Assembly: GCA_963836075.1 (NCBI GenBank)
Contig: CAWIIB010000001.1
Location: forward strand, 96,001-160,000
DNA: 64,000 bases
Reading direction: 5' to 3'
From: an uncultured Acidobacteriota bacterium
GTDB lineage: Bacteria > Acidobacteriota > JAQAZP01
The position numbers and the translations under genes were made by a program. Positions 10,661 to 20,827 of this stretch are shown here, one piece after another. The notes under the pieces are model-generated. The model was not told the origin of the DNA. It saw nothing but the letters and a program-made list of their open reading frames with translations, and searched no databases. Position 1 is the first letter of the stretch. Every line of letters begins with the position of its first letter.

Positions 10661-12463
10661 ATGGGTGAAATCCGCCTGCTCCCCGACAACCTGATCAACA
10701 AGATCGCCGCGGGAGAGGTGGTCGAGCGACCGGCGTCGGTGGTCAAGGAACTGGTGGAGAACGCTCTGGATGCCGGCGCGTCGGCGGTGACCGTGGTGCT
10801 GGAGGAGGGCGGCCGGCGAAAGGTGCTGGTGGAGGACGACGGCCGGGGGATGGCGCGGGATGACGCGTTGCTGGCCTTCCAGCGTCATGCCACCAGCAAG
10901 CTGGAAGGGGAGGAGGACCTGGAGCGGATCCGCTTCCTCGGCTTCCGCGGTGAGGCCCTGCCCAGCATGGCGTCGGTCTCCCGCATGCTGCTGCGGACCA
11001 GGTCGGCGGCGGCCGGTTCAGGAGTGCAGATCCGTATCGAGGGCGGCGGGGAGGCCGAAGTTCGCGATATCGGTTTCCCGCGGGGAACCTCCGTGGAGGT
11101 GGCCGACCTCTTCTACAACGTTCCGGCCCGGCGAAAATTCCTCCGCACGCCGGGCACCGAACTCTCCCACGCGTCGGCGGTGGTCACCCGCACCGCGCTG
11201 GCCCACCCCGGAGTGATCTTCGAACTGCGCCACGACGGCCGGCAGCTGCTGCAGTGGTCCGCCGTGGCCACCCTCCGCGAACGCCTGCACCAGGTCTATG
11301 GCGAGGAGCGGATCGGGCAGCTGCTGGAGTTCGATGAGCAGCGGGGGGGAGGCCGGGTGCGTGTGGCCGGAGTGCTCTCACCGGTGGACCCCACCTCGTC
11401 CAGGCGGAAGAGCGCGGGCAGCCTGGTCTATGTCAACAACCGGCCGGTCACCGATCGCAAGGTGATCCAGGCGGTGCGGGTGGCCTACCGCGACGTCTCG
11501 GTCACCGGCGCCAACCCCTTCTATGTTGTCTTCCTCACCCTGCCTCCGGAGGAGGTGGACGTCAATGTCCACCCCACCAAGAACGAGGTCCGCTTCCGGA
11601 ATTCCGGAGCGGTTTTCCAGGCGGTATCCGGGGCGGTGCGCCGGGCGCTGCAGGGGGGCGGCGGCAGCGAGGGGCTGCCGGAGCCGTCCGGCAGCGGGCC
11701 CACCGTTGCCGCGGCCGGCAACTGGCCGCAGCGGCCCCCGGCCACCCCGGTGGCTGCTGAACAGCTGCCGTTCCGGAGGGCCGGTGGAGAGCCGTCCTGG
11801 AACCTGCCCCCCTCCTCCGGGTCGGCCCCGGCGGTGCACGAGCCGGGCCCCCAACCGCTGGCCCGGGCCGAGGTGGTCCCCGGAAGCTGGCGCCTGCTGG
11901 GGCAGCTGCACAACAGCTACCTGCTGGTGGAAGACCACCGGGGGCTGCTGGTGGTGGACCAGCACGTGGCCCACGAGCGGGTGCTCTACGAACGGTATCT
12001 GGCGGGCGTGCGGCAGGACAAGATCACCGTTCAGGGGCTGCTGGTGCCGGCGGTGATCGAAACCGAGCCGGCCAGCGGGGCCATCCTGGAGCAACTGCTC
12101 CCCCAGCTGGCTGAACTGGGCATCGAGCTGGAGCATTTCGGCGGCAGCACCTTCCTGCACAAGGGGCACCCCGACTTTCTCGAACAGTTCGAAGTCGAGC
12201 CGTTTCTCCACGAGGTGGTGGCCGCCGTCCGCGACCGGGACGGGACGGCAGGCGAACTGGCCCGGGAGATCCGCCAGCGGCTGCTCATCTCGGCGGCCTG
12301 TCACGCGGCGATCAAGATCAACACCCCGCTGGTCCGGGAGAAAATGGAACAGCTGCTGGCCGACCTGCTGCAGACGGAAAACCCGCTGTTCTGCCCCCAC
12401 GGTCGGCCCATCGTGCTGCGCTTTCCGCTGGCCGGCATCGAAAAGTCGTTTTTGAGGAGCTGA
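10661..12463 (+). CDS. mutL: DNA mismatch repair protein MutL (endonuclease-type)
   Basis: NKIAAGEVVERPASVVKELVEN, GFRGEAL, DVNVHPTK, DQHVAHERVLYE, ACH, CPHGRP. Confidence 0.96.
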   Translation: MGEIRLLPDNLINKIAAGEVVERPASVVKELVENALDAGASAVTVVLEEGGRRKVLVEDDGRGMARDDALLAFQRHATSKLEGEEDLERIRFLGFRGEALPSMASVSRMLLRTRSAAAGSGVQIRIEGGGEAEVRDIGFPRGTSVEVADLFYNVPARRKFLRTPGTELSHASAVVTRTALAHPGVIFELRHDGRQLLQWSAVATLRERLHQVYGEERIGQLLEFDEQRGGGRVRVAGVLSPVDPTSSRRKSAGSLVYVNNRPVTDRKVIQAVRVAYRDVSVTGANPFYVVFLTLPPEEVDVNVHPTKNEVRFRNSGAVFQAVSGAVRRALQGGGGSEGLPEPSGSGPTVAAAGNWPQRPPATPVAAEQLPFRRAGGEPSWNLPPSSGSAPAVHEPGPQPLARAEVVPGSWRLLGQLHNSYLLVEDHRGLLVVDQHVAHERVLYERYLAGVRQDKITVQGLLVPAVIETEPASGAILEQLLPQLAELGIELEHFGGSTFLHKGHPDFLEQFEVEPFLHEVVAAVRDRDGTAGELAREIRQRLLISAACHAAIKINTPLVREKMEQLLADLLQTENPLFCPHGRPIVLRFPLAGIEKSFLRS

Positions 12464-12466
12464 AGG

Positions 12467-13153
12467 GTGACCAGGCGCTTCAAGGGCAACGACCTGCTGG
12501 TCCCGGTGCTGGCTCTCCTCCTGCTGGCGAGCGCCGTGCTGCCGGCAGGGGAGACCGTGCATTTTCGCAACGGCCGCAGGATGCGGGTGAGCTCCAGCGA
12601 GCACGAGGGAGCGCTCTACGTTCTGCGCCTGGACAATGGCGGCGTGATCCGGGTGCCGGAGGACCAGGTGGACCGGATCGAGGCCGATGCCGAAGCGGAT
12701 GAGCAGCCGGGGCCGTCAGGGGGAGGAGCCAGGTTGGATCAGTTCATCGCCAGCAAGGAGGCCGGGGCCCTGCGCCAGCTGATCCGCCGGGCGGCGCTGG
12801 ACCACCGCCTGGAGGAGGAGCTGCTGGTGGCGGTGATTTTTGCCGAATCGGCCTTCGATCCCCTGGCCGTTTCGCCCAAGGGCGCCATGGGGTTGATGCA
12901 GCTGATGCCGGACACCGCCGCCCGCTTCGGCGTGGATCAGCCCTTCGATCCCTGGCAAAACCTCAATGGCGGTGCGGCCTACCTCCGGCAGCTCTTCGAC
13001 AAATACGGCGGGGACCTGAAACTGGCCCTGGCGGCGTACAATGCGGGTGAGGGGCGGGTCCGGACCTACCAGGGGGTGCCGCCGTTCAGTGAAACGGTCA
13101 GCTATATCAGCCGGGTGATCACCCTCTACCAGTCATTCCGGCAGGGCGGCTGA
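12467..13153 (+). CDS. lytic transglycosylase (SLT domain), secreted
   Basis: AESAFDPLAVSPKGAMGLMQLMP, ALAAYNAG, GVPPFSET; signal peptide. Confidence 0.92.
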   Translation: MTRRFKGNDLLVPVLALLLLASAVLPAGETVHFRNGRRMRVSSSEHEGALYVLRLDNGGVIRVPEDQVDRIEADAEADEQPGPSGGGARLDQFIASKEAGALRQLIRRAALDHRLEEELLVAVIFAESAFDPLAVSPKGAMGLMQLMPDTAARFGVDQPFDPWQNLNGGAAYLRQLFDKYGGDLKLALAAYNAGEGRVRTYQGVPPFSETVSYISRVITLYQSFRQGG

Positions 13154-13167
13154 ACCGGCGGCGCCGA

Positions 13168-13195
13168 TTGACAAGCCAGTGGCCGTGGCTATAAT
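13168..13195 (+). promoter_or_regulatory. consensus sigma70 promoter of yceD-rpmF-plsX
   Basis: TTGACA(13168-73)-16 bp-TATAAT(13190-95). Confidence 0.8.
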
Positions 13196-13250
13196 GAACC
13201 CGTTTAAAACAAAGGCGATAGAACCTTGGGCATGGCCGGGGGGGCGGTTG

Positions 13251-13811
13251 ATGAAGATCGACTTGAAAGAGATCGGTGCCTCGGGCATCTCCATCCAGCG
13301 CACCATACCCGCTGAGCGGTTCCATCAGGATGATGAAACCGGCCGCGGGATACTGCGGCTGCGTCACGATGCGTTGCTGAACCTGTCCGTCAAAAGGGCC
13401 GGCGAGCGGTTCCACCTCCGCGGGACCCTGGAGGCGGAGGTGGAGGCGGAGTGCGGGCGATGTCTGGCCCCTTTTTCGTTTGCGGTTCGTCCCCAGTTCG
13501 ATTATTATCTCGTGCCCCGGCGGCACGTTGAGGAGTGGGCCGAGGTGGAGATGGACGAAGCGGCCAAGCAGGAGGTGGAGGTGGACAGCATGGAGCTGGA
13601 CCTCCTGCACCTGGCGCGGGAACAGGTGCGGCTTGGTCTGCCGATGAAGCTGCTCTGCTCCGAGGCATGCCAGGGACTCTGTCTCGGATGCGGCGGCGAT
13701 CTGAACCGGGAGCAGTGCGCCTGCACCGGCGATGACCGGGACGATGATTCAGGCCTGGCGGTCCTGTCCGGCCTGCTGGAACGGTTGAAGAACGATTCCT
13801 CCGGTAACTGA
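13251..13811 (+). CDS. yceD: DUF177/YceD family protein
   Basis: ECGRCL and LPMKLLCSEACQGLCLGCGGDLN motifs; position upstream of rpmF. Confidence 0.9.
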   Translation: MKIDLKEIGASGISIQRTIPAERFHQDDETGRGILRLRHDALLNLSVKRAGERFHLRGTLEAEVEAECGRCLAPFSFAVRPQFDYYLVPRRHVEEWAEVEMDEAAKQEVEVDSMELDLLHLAREQVRLGLPMKLLCSEACQGLCLGCGGDLNREQCACTGDDRDDDSGLAVLSGLLERLKNDSSGN

Positions 13812-13882
13812 CCCGCTGGTTCCGTGTTGCGGGCGCTTCAGCCGGGGAACAGAACGAGACGTGACAAAGGAGATGGGAAAAG

Positions 13883-14065
13883 ATGGCCAATCCGAAGCGC
13901 AGACATTCCAAGGCCCGGCGGGACAAAAGACGGACCCATGACAGTCTCACGCCCCCCAGCCTGTCGGTGTGCCCCAACTGCAACGAGCCGAAGCAACCTC
14001 ACCGGGTGTGCCCGCACTGCGGGTTCTACAAAGGTAAGGAAGTCGTTGAGATCAAAATGGCCTGA
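13883..14065 (+). CDS. rpmF: 50S ribosomal protein L32
   Basis: [34 protein letters not shown]. Confidence 0.97.
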   Translation: MANPKRRHSKARRDKRRTHDSLTPPSLSVCPNCNEPKQPHRVCPHCGFYKGKEVVEIKMA

Positions 14066-14090
14066 TCTGGGGCCGGCAGCCGGGTGAAAA

Positions 14091-15107
14091 ATGAAAATCG
14101 CCGTCGACGCCATGGGCGGAGACTTTGCCCCCCGAAACGCGGTGGAAGGTGCGGTGGATGCCTGCCGCGAGTTCCAGCTGCCGGTGATTCTGGTGGGCCG
14201 GGAAGGGGAGATCCAGCAGGAACTGGATCGTCTCGGAGCCCGCGGCCTGCCCATCGACGTGGTTCATGCCGAAGAAGTGGTGGGCATGGACGAACCGGCG
14301 ATAACCGCGATCCGCAAGAAAAAGAAATCGTCCATCCGTATCGGCGCACGACTGGTCAAGGACGGTGACGCCCAGGGCTTCGTCAGCGCCGGCAATACCG
14401 GCGCGGTGATGGCCACCTCCAAGATCGTGATGAAATCACTGGAGGGGGTGCAGCGTCCGGCGCTGGCCACCGTGATGCCCACCAAGACCGGCTCCTCGAT
14501 CCTGCTCGACGTGGGCGCCAACGTGGATTGCCGGGCCAGGCACCTGATGCAGTTCGCGGTGATGGGCAGTTTCTACGCCGAGGCGATCCTCGGCCGCCGC
14601 AAGCCGAAGGTCGGCCTGCTGAGCATCGGTGAAGAGGACTCCAAGGGCAATGAGCAGACGAGGCAGGTGTTCGACATCCTGCGCCAGACGAGCATCAATT
14701 TCGTGGGCAACGTCGAGGGGCGGGATGTCTTCAACGGATCGGTGGACGTGATTGTCTGCGACGGCTTTGTGGGCAACATCACCCTCAAGGTGAGCGAGAG
14801 CCTGGCCGAGACCATGGAGCACCTGATCCGCTCCGAGATCGAGCGCAGTCTGCTTGCCCGGGTTGGCTACCTCTTCATGAAGCCGGCGTTCAACAAGTTC
14901 AAGAAGCGGGTCGATTATTCGGAATATGGAGGTGCCCCCCTGCTGGGCATCGGCGGGGTCTGCATCATCTGTCACGGACGGTCCTCGCCCAAGGCGATCA
15001 AGAATGCCGTGCGGGTGGCCGGGGATTTCTGTGCCAAGGACGTGAACGGCCAGATCTCCCGGGGCCTGGCCGAACTGGTTCGGCAGGAGGACAATGTCCT
15101 GGCCTGA
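14091..15107 (+). CDS. plsX: phosphate acyltransferase PlsX
   Basis: IAVDAMGGDFAP, SAGNTGA, LDVGAN, CDGFVGN, GGAPLLG, HGRSS. Confidence 0.96.
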   Translation: MKIAVDAMGGDFAPRNAVEGAVDACREFQLPVILVGREGEIQQELDRLGARGLPIDVVHAEEVVGMDEPAITAIRKKKKSSIRIGARLVKDGDAQGFVSAGNTGAVMATSKIVMKSLEGVQRPALATVMPTKTGSSILLDVGANVDCRARHLMQFAVMGSFYAEAILGRRKPKVGLLSIGEEDSKGNEQTRQVFDILRQTSINFVGNVEGRDVFNGSVDVIVCDGFVGNITLKVSESLAETMEHLIRSEIERSLLARVGYLFMKPAFNKFKKRVDYSEYGGAPLLGIGGVCIICHGRSSPKAIKNAVRVAGDFCAKDVNGQISRGLAELVRQEDNVLA

Positions 15108-15125
15108 AGGCCCGCCCGGGCCGTC

Positions 15126-15153
15126 TTGACTCGGGGGGGCAATCGGCTAGAAT
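15126..15153 (+). promoter_or_regulatory. internal sigma70-type promoter upstream of acd-fabG-acpP-fabF-etfBA
   Basis: TTGACT(15126-31)-16 bp-TAGAAT(15148-53). Confidence 0.6.
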
Positions 15154-15303
15154 GATTGTTCGAATTTTCCGAATTTCAGAAACAGTTGAGGATCAGTCAT
15201 CCCGGGTTCGTGCCCGGACGGGACGCGGACCGGGCTGTTCGGCCTGCGCACGCGGCTGGTTCACAGGTTATCGCAGATCGACTTAAGGAGTGAGCCCCGA
15301 CCC

Positions 15304-16470
15304 ATGGAGTGGATGCTGAACGAAGAGCAGCGTGAAATCCAGGCCCTGACCCGCAAGATCGTGGACGAGAAGGTGGTCCCGGTCCGGATGGAGCTGGACA
15401 GGGCCGAGACGTTCCCCTGGGAACAGATCAACCTTTTCGCCGATGCCGGGCTGTTCGGCGTGTTCGTCGAGGAGAAATACGGCGGGTTCGGCGGAGCGAT
15501 GACCGACTGGTGCCTGGTGACCGACGAGATCAGCCGCGGCTGTATGGGCGTCTCCACCGCTTTTGCCGGCGTGGGGCTGGGCGCCTTCCCGCTGATCCTC
15601 GATGGCAACGAGGAACTGAAGGAGAAATATCTGCCCGGCATCGCCACGGGCAAGAGCCTGGCCGCTTTCGCCCTCACCGAGGCTGACGCCGGCAGCGACG
15701 CCGGCGGGATCAGGACCACGGCGGTGCGCGACGGCGACCATTTCGTGATTAACGGGACCAAGCAGTGGATCACCAACGCCGAGGTGGCCCAGACCTACTG
15801 CGTGGTGGCGATGACCAACCCGGCCAAGGGCCCGCGGGGGGCCAGCGTGATCCTGGTGGAGAAGGGCACCCCGGGGTTCACCTTCGGCAAGCTGGAAAAA
15901 AAGATGGGCATCAATTGCTCGTCCACCCGTGAGCTGATCTTCGAGGACTGTCGCGTTCCGGTGGCCAACCTGGTGGGGCGCGAGGGGGCCGGTTTTATCG
16001 TCACCATGCGAACCCTGAGCCGGGCCCGGGTGGGTGTCGGCGCGCAGGCGGTGGGCCTGTGCCGCGGGGCGTTGGAGCTGACGGTGGACTACTCGCGGCA
16101 GCGCAAGCAGTTCGACCGTCCCATCTGCTCTTTCCAGGCCGTGCAGCACATCCTCGCCGACATGGCCACCCAGACCGAAGCCGCGCGCTCGCTGGTCTAC
16201 AACACCACCAGGATGATCGACTGCGGCGCGAAGAATTTCGCCAAACGGGCGGCGATGGTCAAACTCTTCGCCTCCGACGTGGCGATGAAGGTGACCACCG
16301 ATGCGGTCCAGGTCTTCGGCGGGTACGGCTACATGAGGGAATACCCGGTGGAAAAGATGATGCGTGACGCCAAGATCCTGCAGATCTACGAGGGGACGAA
16401 CCAGATTCAGCGAAACGAGATCGGCGCCGCGCTGATCAAGGAGTCTGCATCCCGCAAGAGGAACAAATGA
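15304..16470 (+). CDS. acyl-CoA dehydrogenase family flavoprotein embedded in the FASII cluster
   Basis: AFALTEADAGSD, NGTKQWITN, RKQF, QVFGGYGYMREYPVEKMMRDAKILQIYEGTNQIQR with catalytic Glu in YEGT. Confidence 0.95.
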   Translation: MEWMLNEEQREIQALTRKIVDEKVVPVRMELDRAETFPWEQINLFADAGLFGVFVEEKYGGFGGAMTDWCLVTDEISRGCMGVSTAFAGVGLGAFPLILDGNEELKEKYLPGIATGKSLAAFALTEADAGSDAGGIRTTAVRDGDHFVINGTKQWITNAEVAQTYCVVAMTNPAKGPRGASVILVEKGTPGFTFGKLEKKMGINCSSTRELIFEDCRVPVANLVGREGAGFIVTMRTLSRARVGVGAQAVGLCRGALELTVDYSRQRKQFDRPICSFQAVQHILADMATQTEAARSLVYNTTRMIDCGAKNFAKRAAMVKLFASDVAMKVTTDAVQVFGGYGYMREYPVEKMMRDAKILQIYEGTNQIQRNEIGAALIKESASRKRNK

Positions 16471-17228
16471 CCGTCATGGGCAGCGGGACACGCTTTGCAG
16501 GGAAACGGGCCATCGTCACCGGTGCCGCCCGGGGCATCGGTCTCTCCATCAGCCGGCTGCTGGCCGCGGAGGGGGCGCGGGTGGCCCTGGTGGACCTGGA
16601 TCAGGATGCCCTGTCCGCCGCCGCCAACCTGCTGTCCGGGGAGGGTGGCCAGTGCGTGGCCCACTGTCTCGACGTTGCCGACTCCGCAGCGGTGAAGGAA
16701 GCGGTGGCTGCGGTGAGCGGGGAATGGGGCGGCGTGGATTTCCTGGTCAACAATGCCGGGATCACCCGTGACAGCCTGATGCTGCGGATGAAAAAAGCCG
16801 ACTGGGACCTGGTGCTGCGGGTCAACCTGGACAGCGTGTTCCACTTCTCCCAGGCGGTGCTCAAACCGATGATCAAGGCCCGGCAGGGCCGGATCATCAG
16901 CATCAGTTCCGTGGTGGGGGTGATGGGCAATCCGGGGCAGGCAAACTACGCGGCCTCAAAAGCGGGCATCATCGGCTTCTCGCGCTCGCTGGCCCGGGAA
17001 GTGGCTCCGCGGGGAATCACGGTGAACGTCGTGGCCCCCGGGTTTATCGACACCGAGATGACCTCCGGGCTGCCCGAGGGGGTGCGCGAGGACCTGCTGT
17101 CCAGGGTTCCCCTGGGCCGGCTGGGGACGGTGGAGGACATCGCCCGCAGTGTGGCCTTTCTGCTGGGAGACGACTCCGCCTACATCACCGGGCAGGTGCT
17201 CGGTGTCAATGGCGGAATGTATATGTAG
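16467..17228 (+). CDS. fabG: 3-oxoacyl-ACP reductase
   Basis: TGAARGIG, NNAGITRD, NYAASKAG, VAPGFIDTEMT, VNGGMYM; ATGA overlap with the ACAD stop. Confidence 0.95.
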   Translation: MTVMGSGTRFAGKRAIVTGAARGIGLSISRLLAAEGARVALVDLDQDALSAAANLLSGEGGQCVAHCLDVADSAAVKEAVAAVSGEWGGVDFLVNNAGITRDSLMLRMKKADWDLVLRVNLDSVFHFSQAVLKPMIKARQGRIISISSVVGVMGNPGQANYAASKAGIIGFSRSLAREVAPRGITVNVVAPGFIDTEMTSGLPEGVREDLLSRVPLGRLGTVEDIARSVAFLLGDDSAYITGQVLGVNGGMYM

Positions 17229-17328
17229 CCGGGCCGGCGGCCGGTCCGGACCGTTGATGCCGCCGGAAGCGATTTGATCACATCAGCCCTCTGATCTTTC
17301 ACTTAAACGTACTTTGGGAGGTTTTCGG

Positions 17329-17574
17329 ATGGACGAGAAAAAAATCGAGGCGAAGGTCAAGGAAATCGTCATGGAGCAGCTGGGTGTGGACGAGGAGGAA
17401 GTGACCCAGGAGGCCTCTTTTGTCGACGACCTCGGCGCCGATTCCCTGGATACCGTGGAACTGGTGATGGCCTTCGAGGAAGAGTTCGACATCGAAATTC
17501 CCGACACCGACGCTGAAAAAATCAGCCGGGTCAAGGAAGCCGTCGAATACATCAAGGGCCACATCGACAGCTGA
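17329..17574 (+). CDS. acpP: acyl carrier protein
   Basis: [20 protein letters not shown] phosphopantetheine motif. Confidence 0.97.
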   Translation: MDEKKIEAKVKEIVMEQLGVDEEEVTQEASFVDDLGADSLDTVELVMAFEEEFDIEIPDTDAEKISRVKEAVEYIKGHIDS

Positions 17575-17731
17575 CCGGCTTCCCGGTCCCCACGGCGGGC
17601 AGACCGCTGGCGGCGTCACCGCCGCCGGGGACTCTTTCGCCCCCGGCGAGGGCACCGTGGAGCCCGGCTGTCTCTGGTCACCTGCCGAACCTCGCCCGGT
17701 GAGCGGCCTGATCGGAGGAGGTGCTGAAGAG

Positions 17732-18975
17732 ATGACGAAAAGACGAGTGGTCATCACCGGTCTCGGATTGGTCACCCCGCTGGGCCTGGGCAACGACGCC
17801 AACTGGGAGGCCCTGCGGTCCGCCAGGAGCGGCGTCGGGCTGATCACCCACTTCGACACCACCGACTACCCGGTGAAAATCGCCGCTGAAGTCCGGGACT
17901 TCGACCCGCTGCAGTTCATCGACAAGAAAGAACTGAAGAAGATGGACCGCTTCATCCACTTCGCCATTGCCGCGGCCCAGTTCGCGGTGGAGGACAGCGG
18001 CCTCGACCTCGCGGCCCTCGATTCCGATCGGGCCGGGGTGAGCATCGGCAGCGGCATCGGCGGCCTGGAGTCCATCGAGCGGCAGCACAAGGTGGTGCTG
18101 GAGCGCGGCCCAAAACGGATATCGCCTTTCTTCATCCCCGGCCTGATCGTCAACCTGGCGGCGGGTCACGTCTCGATCCGTTTCCGGGCCCGGGGGCCCA
18201 ACCTCGCCCATTGCACCGCCTGTTCCACCGGGACCCATGCCGTGGGGGAAGCCTTCCGCGCCATCCAGTACGGACATGCCGATCGGATGATCTGCCGGCG
18301 GCACCGAGGCGGTCATCTGCCCGCTGGCCGTGGGCGGGTTCGCGGCGATGAAGGCCCTCTCCACCCGCAACGACGACCCGGCCACGGCCAGCCGGCCCTT
18401 CGACGCCACCCGCGACGGCTTCGTGATGGGCGAGGGCGCCGGGGTGCTGATCCTCGAGGAGCGGGAGGCCGCGGTGGCCCGCGGAGCGCGGATCTATGCC
18501 GAGCTGAGCGGCTTCGGGATGGCGGCGGACGCCTTCCATATCACTGCGCCCAGCGAGGACGGTGACGGGGCGTTGCGGGTGATGAAGGCCGCCATCGAGG
18601 ATGCCGGCTGTCGCCCTTGCGGACGTGGACTACATCAACGCCCACGGCACGGCCACGCCACCCGGCGATCGTACCGAGACCCTGGCGATCAAGAATCTCT
18701 TCGGTGATCACGCCCGCAAGCTCGCCGTCAGCTCCACCAAGTCTTCCACCGGCCACCTGCTGGGTGCCGCCGGAGGCGTGGAAACGGCGATCACTGCCTG
18801 GGCGGTGCTCAACGACATTCTGCCGCCCACCATCAACCTGCAGCACCCGGACCCGGACTGCGACCTGGACTACGTGCCCAACGAGGCCCGTCCGTCCGAG
18901 GTGCGCATCGCCCTGACCAACTCCTTCGGCTTCGGGGGAACGAACGCGTCCCTGTTGCTGAGGAAGCACGAGTAG
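17732..18975 (+). CDS. fabF: beta-ketoacyl-ACP synthase II; two +1 frameshifts near 18295 and 18617, probably sequence errors
   Basis: [15 protein letters not shown] (Cys), [19 protein letters not shown] (His), [12 protein letters not shown] (His), NSFGFGGTN across three frames. Confidence 0.93.
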
Positions 18976-19010
18976 CGGCCCCAAGCCTTCCACATCAATC
19001 GGAGAGAGAA

Positions 19011-19800
19011 ATGAACTCAATTGTCTGTCTGAAGCAGGTCCCGGACACCGAAGCGAGGATCAAGATCGCTCCCGACAAGGTGGGGATCGACGAGAGCGAC
19101 ATCCAGCTGGTGGTCAATCCCTTTGACGAATACGCCATCGAAGCCGCCCTGCTGCTCAAGGAGCAGGCGGGGCAGGGGACCGTGACCCTGGTCAGCCAGG
19201 GCGGGGAATCTGCCGCGACGGCGCTGCGCACCGGTCTGGCCATGGGGGCCGACAGCGCGGTGCTGCTCAAGGACCCGGCCTTCGACGGGCTCCGACTCCC
19301 TCGGTGTGGCGCGGATTCTCGCTTCGGCCATCTCCACCATGGAATTCGACGTGATCCTCCTCGGCAAGTACGGGGTGGGCGGGGACAACAACCAGGTGGG
19401 GCCGATGCTGGCCCAGTTGCTGGACCTGCCGCACGTCGGGGTGGCGATCCAGCTGGAGGTCGCCGAGGGGCAGGCCGTGGTGCACCGGTCGGTGGAGGGG
19501 GCGGTGGAAGTCGTGGAGACGTCCCTGCCCGCCGTGATCACCGCGGAGAAGGGGCTCAACGAACCGCGCTACGCCTCGCTCAAGGGAATCATGATGGCCA
19601 AACGCAAACCGATCGAGGAGCGTGACGCCGCCGCCCTGGGGCTGGATGCGGGTACCGTGGGAACTGCCGGGGCACTGCTGCAGCAGACCCGGCTGGAACT
19701 CCCGCAGCCCCGGCCCGAGGGGCGGATCATCGAAGGGGAGCCGGCCGAGGCGGCAAGGGAACTGGTCCGGCTGCTCCACGAAGAGGCCAAAGTCATCTGA
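19011..19800 (+). CDS. etfB: electron transfer flavoprotein beta subunit; one +1 frameshift near 19288
   Basis: IVCLKQVPDT, NPFDEYAIEAAL, LAMGAD in frame 1; QVGPMLA, NEPRYASLKGIMMAKRK in frame 2. Confidence 0.92.
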
Positions 19801-19836
19801 GGCAACCATCTGGCCCAGCGACGAGGGACAACAATC

Positions 19837-20826
19837 ATGGCACATACATCGATACTGGTTTTTGCAGAACAGCGGGACGGCAGTCTGAAGAAGGCCGCCG
19901 TCGAAGCGGTGTCCGAAGGACGGCGAGTGGCCGACCAGCTGGGCGCCGAACTCCACGTGGCCCTGCTGGGCAGCGGGCTGGACAGTCTGGCCGGCGGCCT
20001 CGAGGGCTGGGGCATCGATCAGCTGCACACCGCCGACCACCCCGACCTGCGCTACTACAGCGCTGAAGGCTACAGCCTTGTGCTGGCGGCGATGATCGGT
20101 CAACTCTCACCGTCCGTGGTGCTCCTCCCCGCCACGGCCATGGGCAAGGACGTGGCTCCCCGGGTGGCGGCCATCTGCGGCGCCGGGCTGGCCACCGACT
20201 GCACCGCCCTCTCCGTGGAAGACGGAAGGCTCACGGCCCAGCGGCCGGTCTATGCCGGCAAGGCCATCGCCACCGTGCGCTGGGCCGGGGAGACGATGCA
20301 GATGGCCACCCTGCGGCCCAACGTTTTTGCCGCTTCGACGCGGGATGGTTCCGGCGCACCGGCGGCCGCTCCTTTCACCGTGGAGGGGCTGGAAGGAAAG
20401 ATCCGGGCCCGGGTGCGGGACGTGGAGGGCGGCGGCGGCGGGACAAAGGATGTCACCGAGGCCGACGTGATCGTGGCCGGCGGGCGCGGGATGAAGGGGG
20501 CGGAGCACTTCTCGCTGCTCGAGGACCTGGCCCGCCAGCTCGACGGGGCGGTGGGCGCCTCCCGGGCGGTGGTGGATTCGGGCTGGATCAGTCACCAGGC
20601 ACAGGTGGGTCAGACCGGCAAGACGGTTTCCCCGCAGCTCTACATCGCCTGCGGCATCTCCGGGGCGATCCAGCACCTGGCCGGCATGTCCTCCTCCAAG
20701 TGCATCGTGGCGGTGAACAAGGACCCCGAAGCGCCGATCTTCAAGGTGGCCGACTACGGCATCGTGGGCGACCTGTTCGAAGTGGTTCCGGTGCTCACCG
20801 AGGAGATCGCGCGGCTCAAGGAGTAG
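19837..20826 (+). CDS. etfA: electron transfer flavoprotein alpha subunit
   Basis: [51 protein letters not shown]. Confidence 0.96.
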   Translation: MAHTSILVFAEQRDGSLKKAAVEAVSEGRRVADQLGAELHVALLGSGLDSLAGGLEGWGIDQLHTADHPDLRYYSAEGYSLVLAAMIGQLSPSVVLLPATAMGKDVAPRVAAICGAGLATDCTALSVEDGRLTAQRPVYAGKAIATVRWAGETMQMATLRPNVFAASTRDGSGAPAAAPFTVEGLEGKIRARVRDVEGGGGGTKDVTEADVIVAGGRGMKGAEHFSLLEDLARQLDGAVGASRAVVDSGWISHQAQVGQTGKTVSPQLYIACGISGAIQHLAGMSSSKCIVAVNKDPEAPIFKVADYGIVGDLFEVVPVLTEEIARLKE

Positions 20827-20827
20827 G

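Noticed and set aside
17575-17731. GC-rich hairpins between acpP and fabF as a novel ncRNA
   Set aside because: An 8-bp GC stem is expected by chance at this GC content and fits the usual transcript-stabilising structure after acpP.
17732-19800. Programmed frameshifting or pseudogenisation of fabF and etfB
   Set aside because: No slippery heptamer is visible, the same indel pattern occurs in unrelated genes, and the motifs are intact, so sequencing error is simpler.
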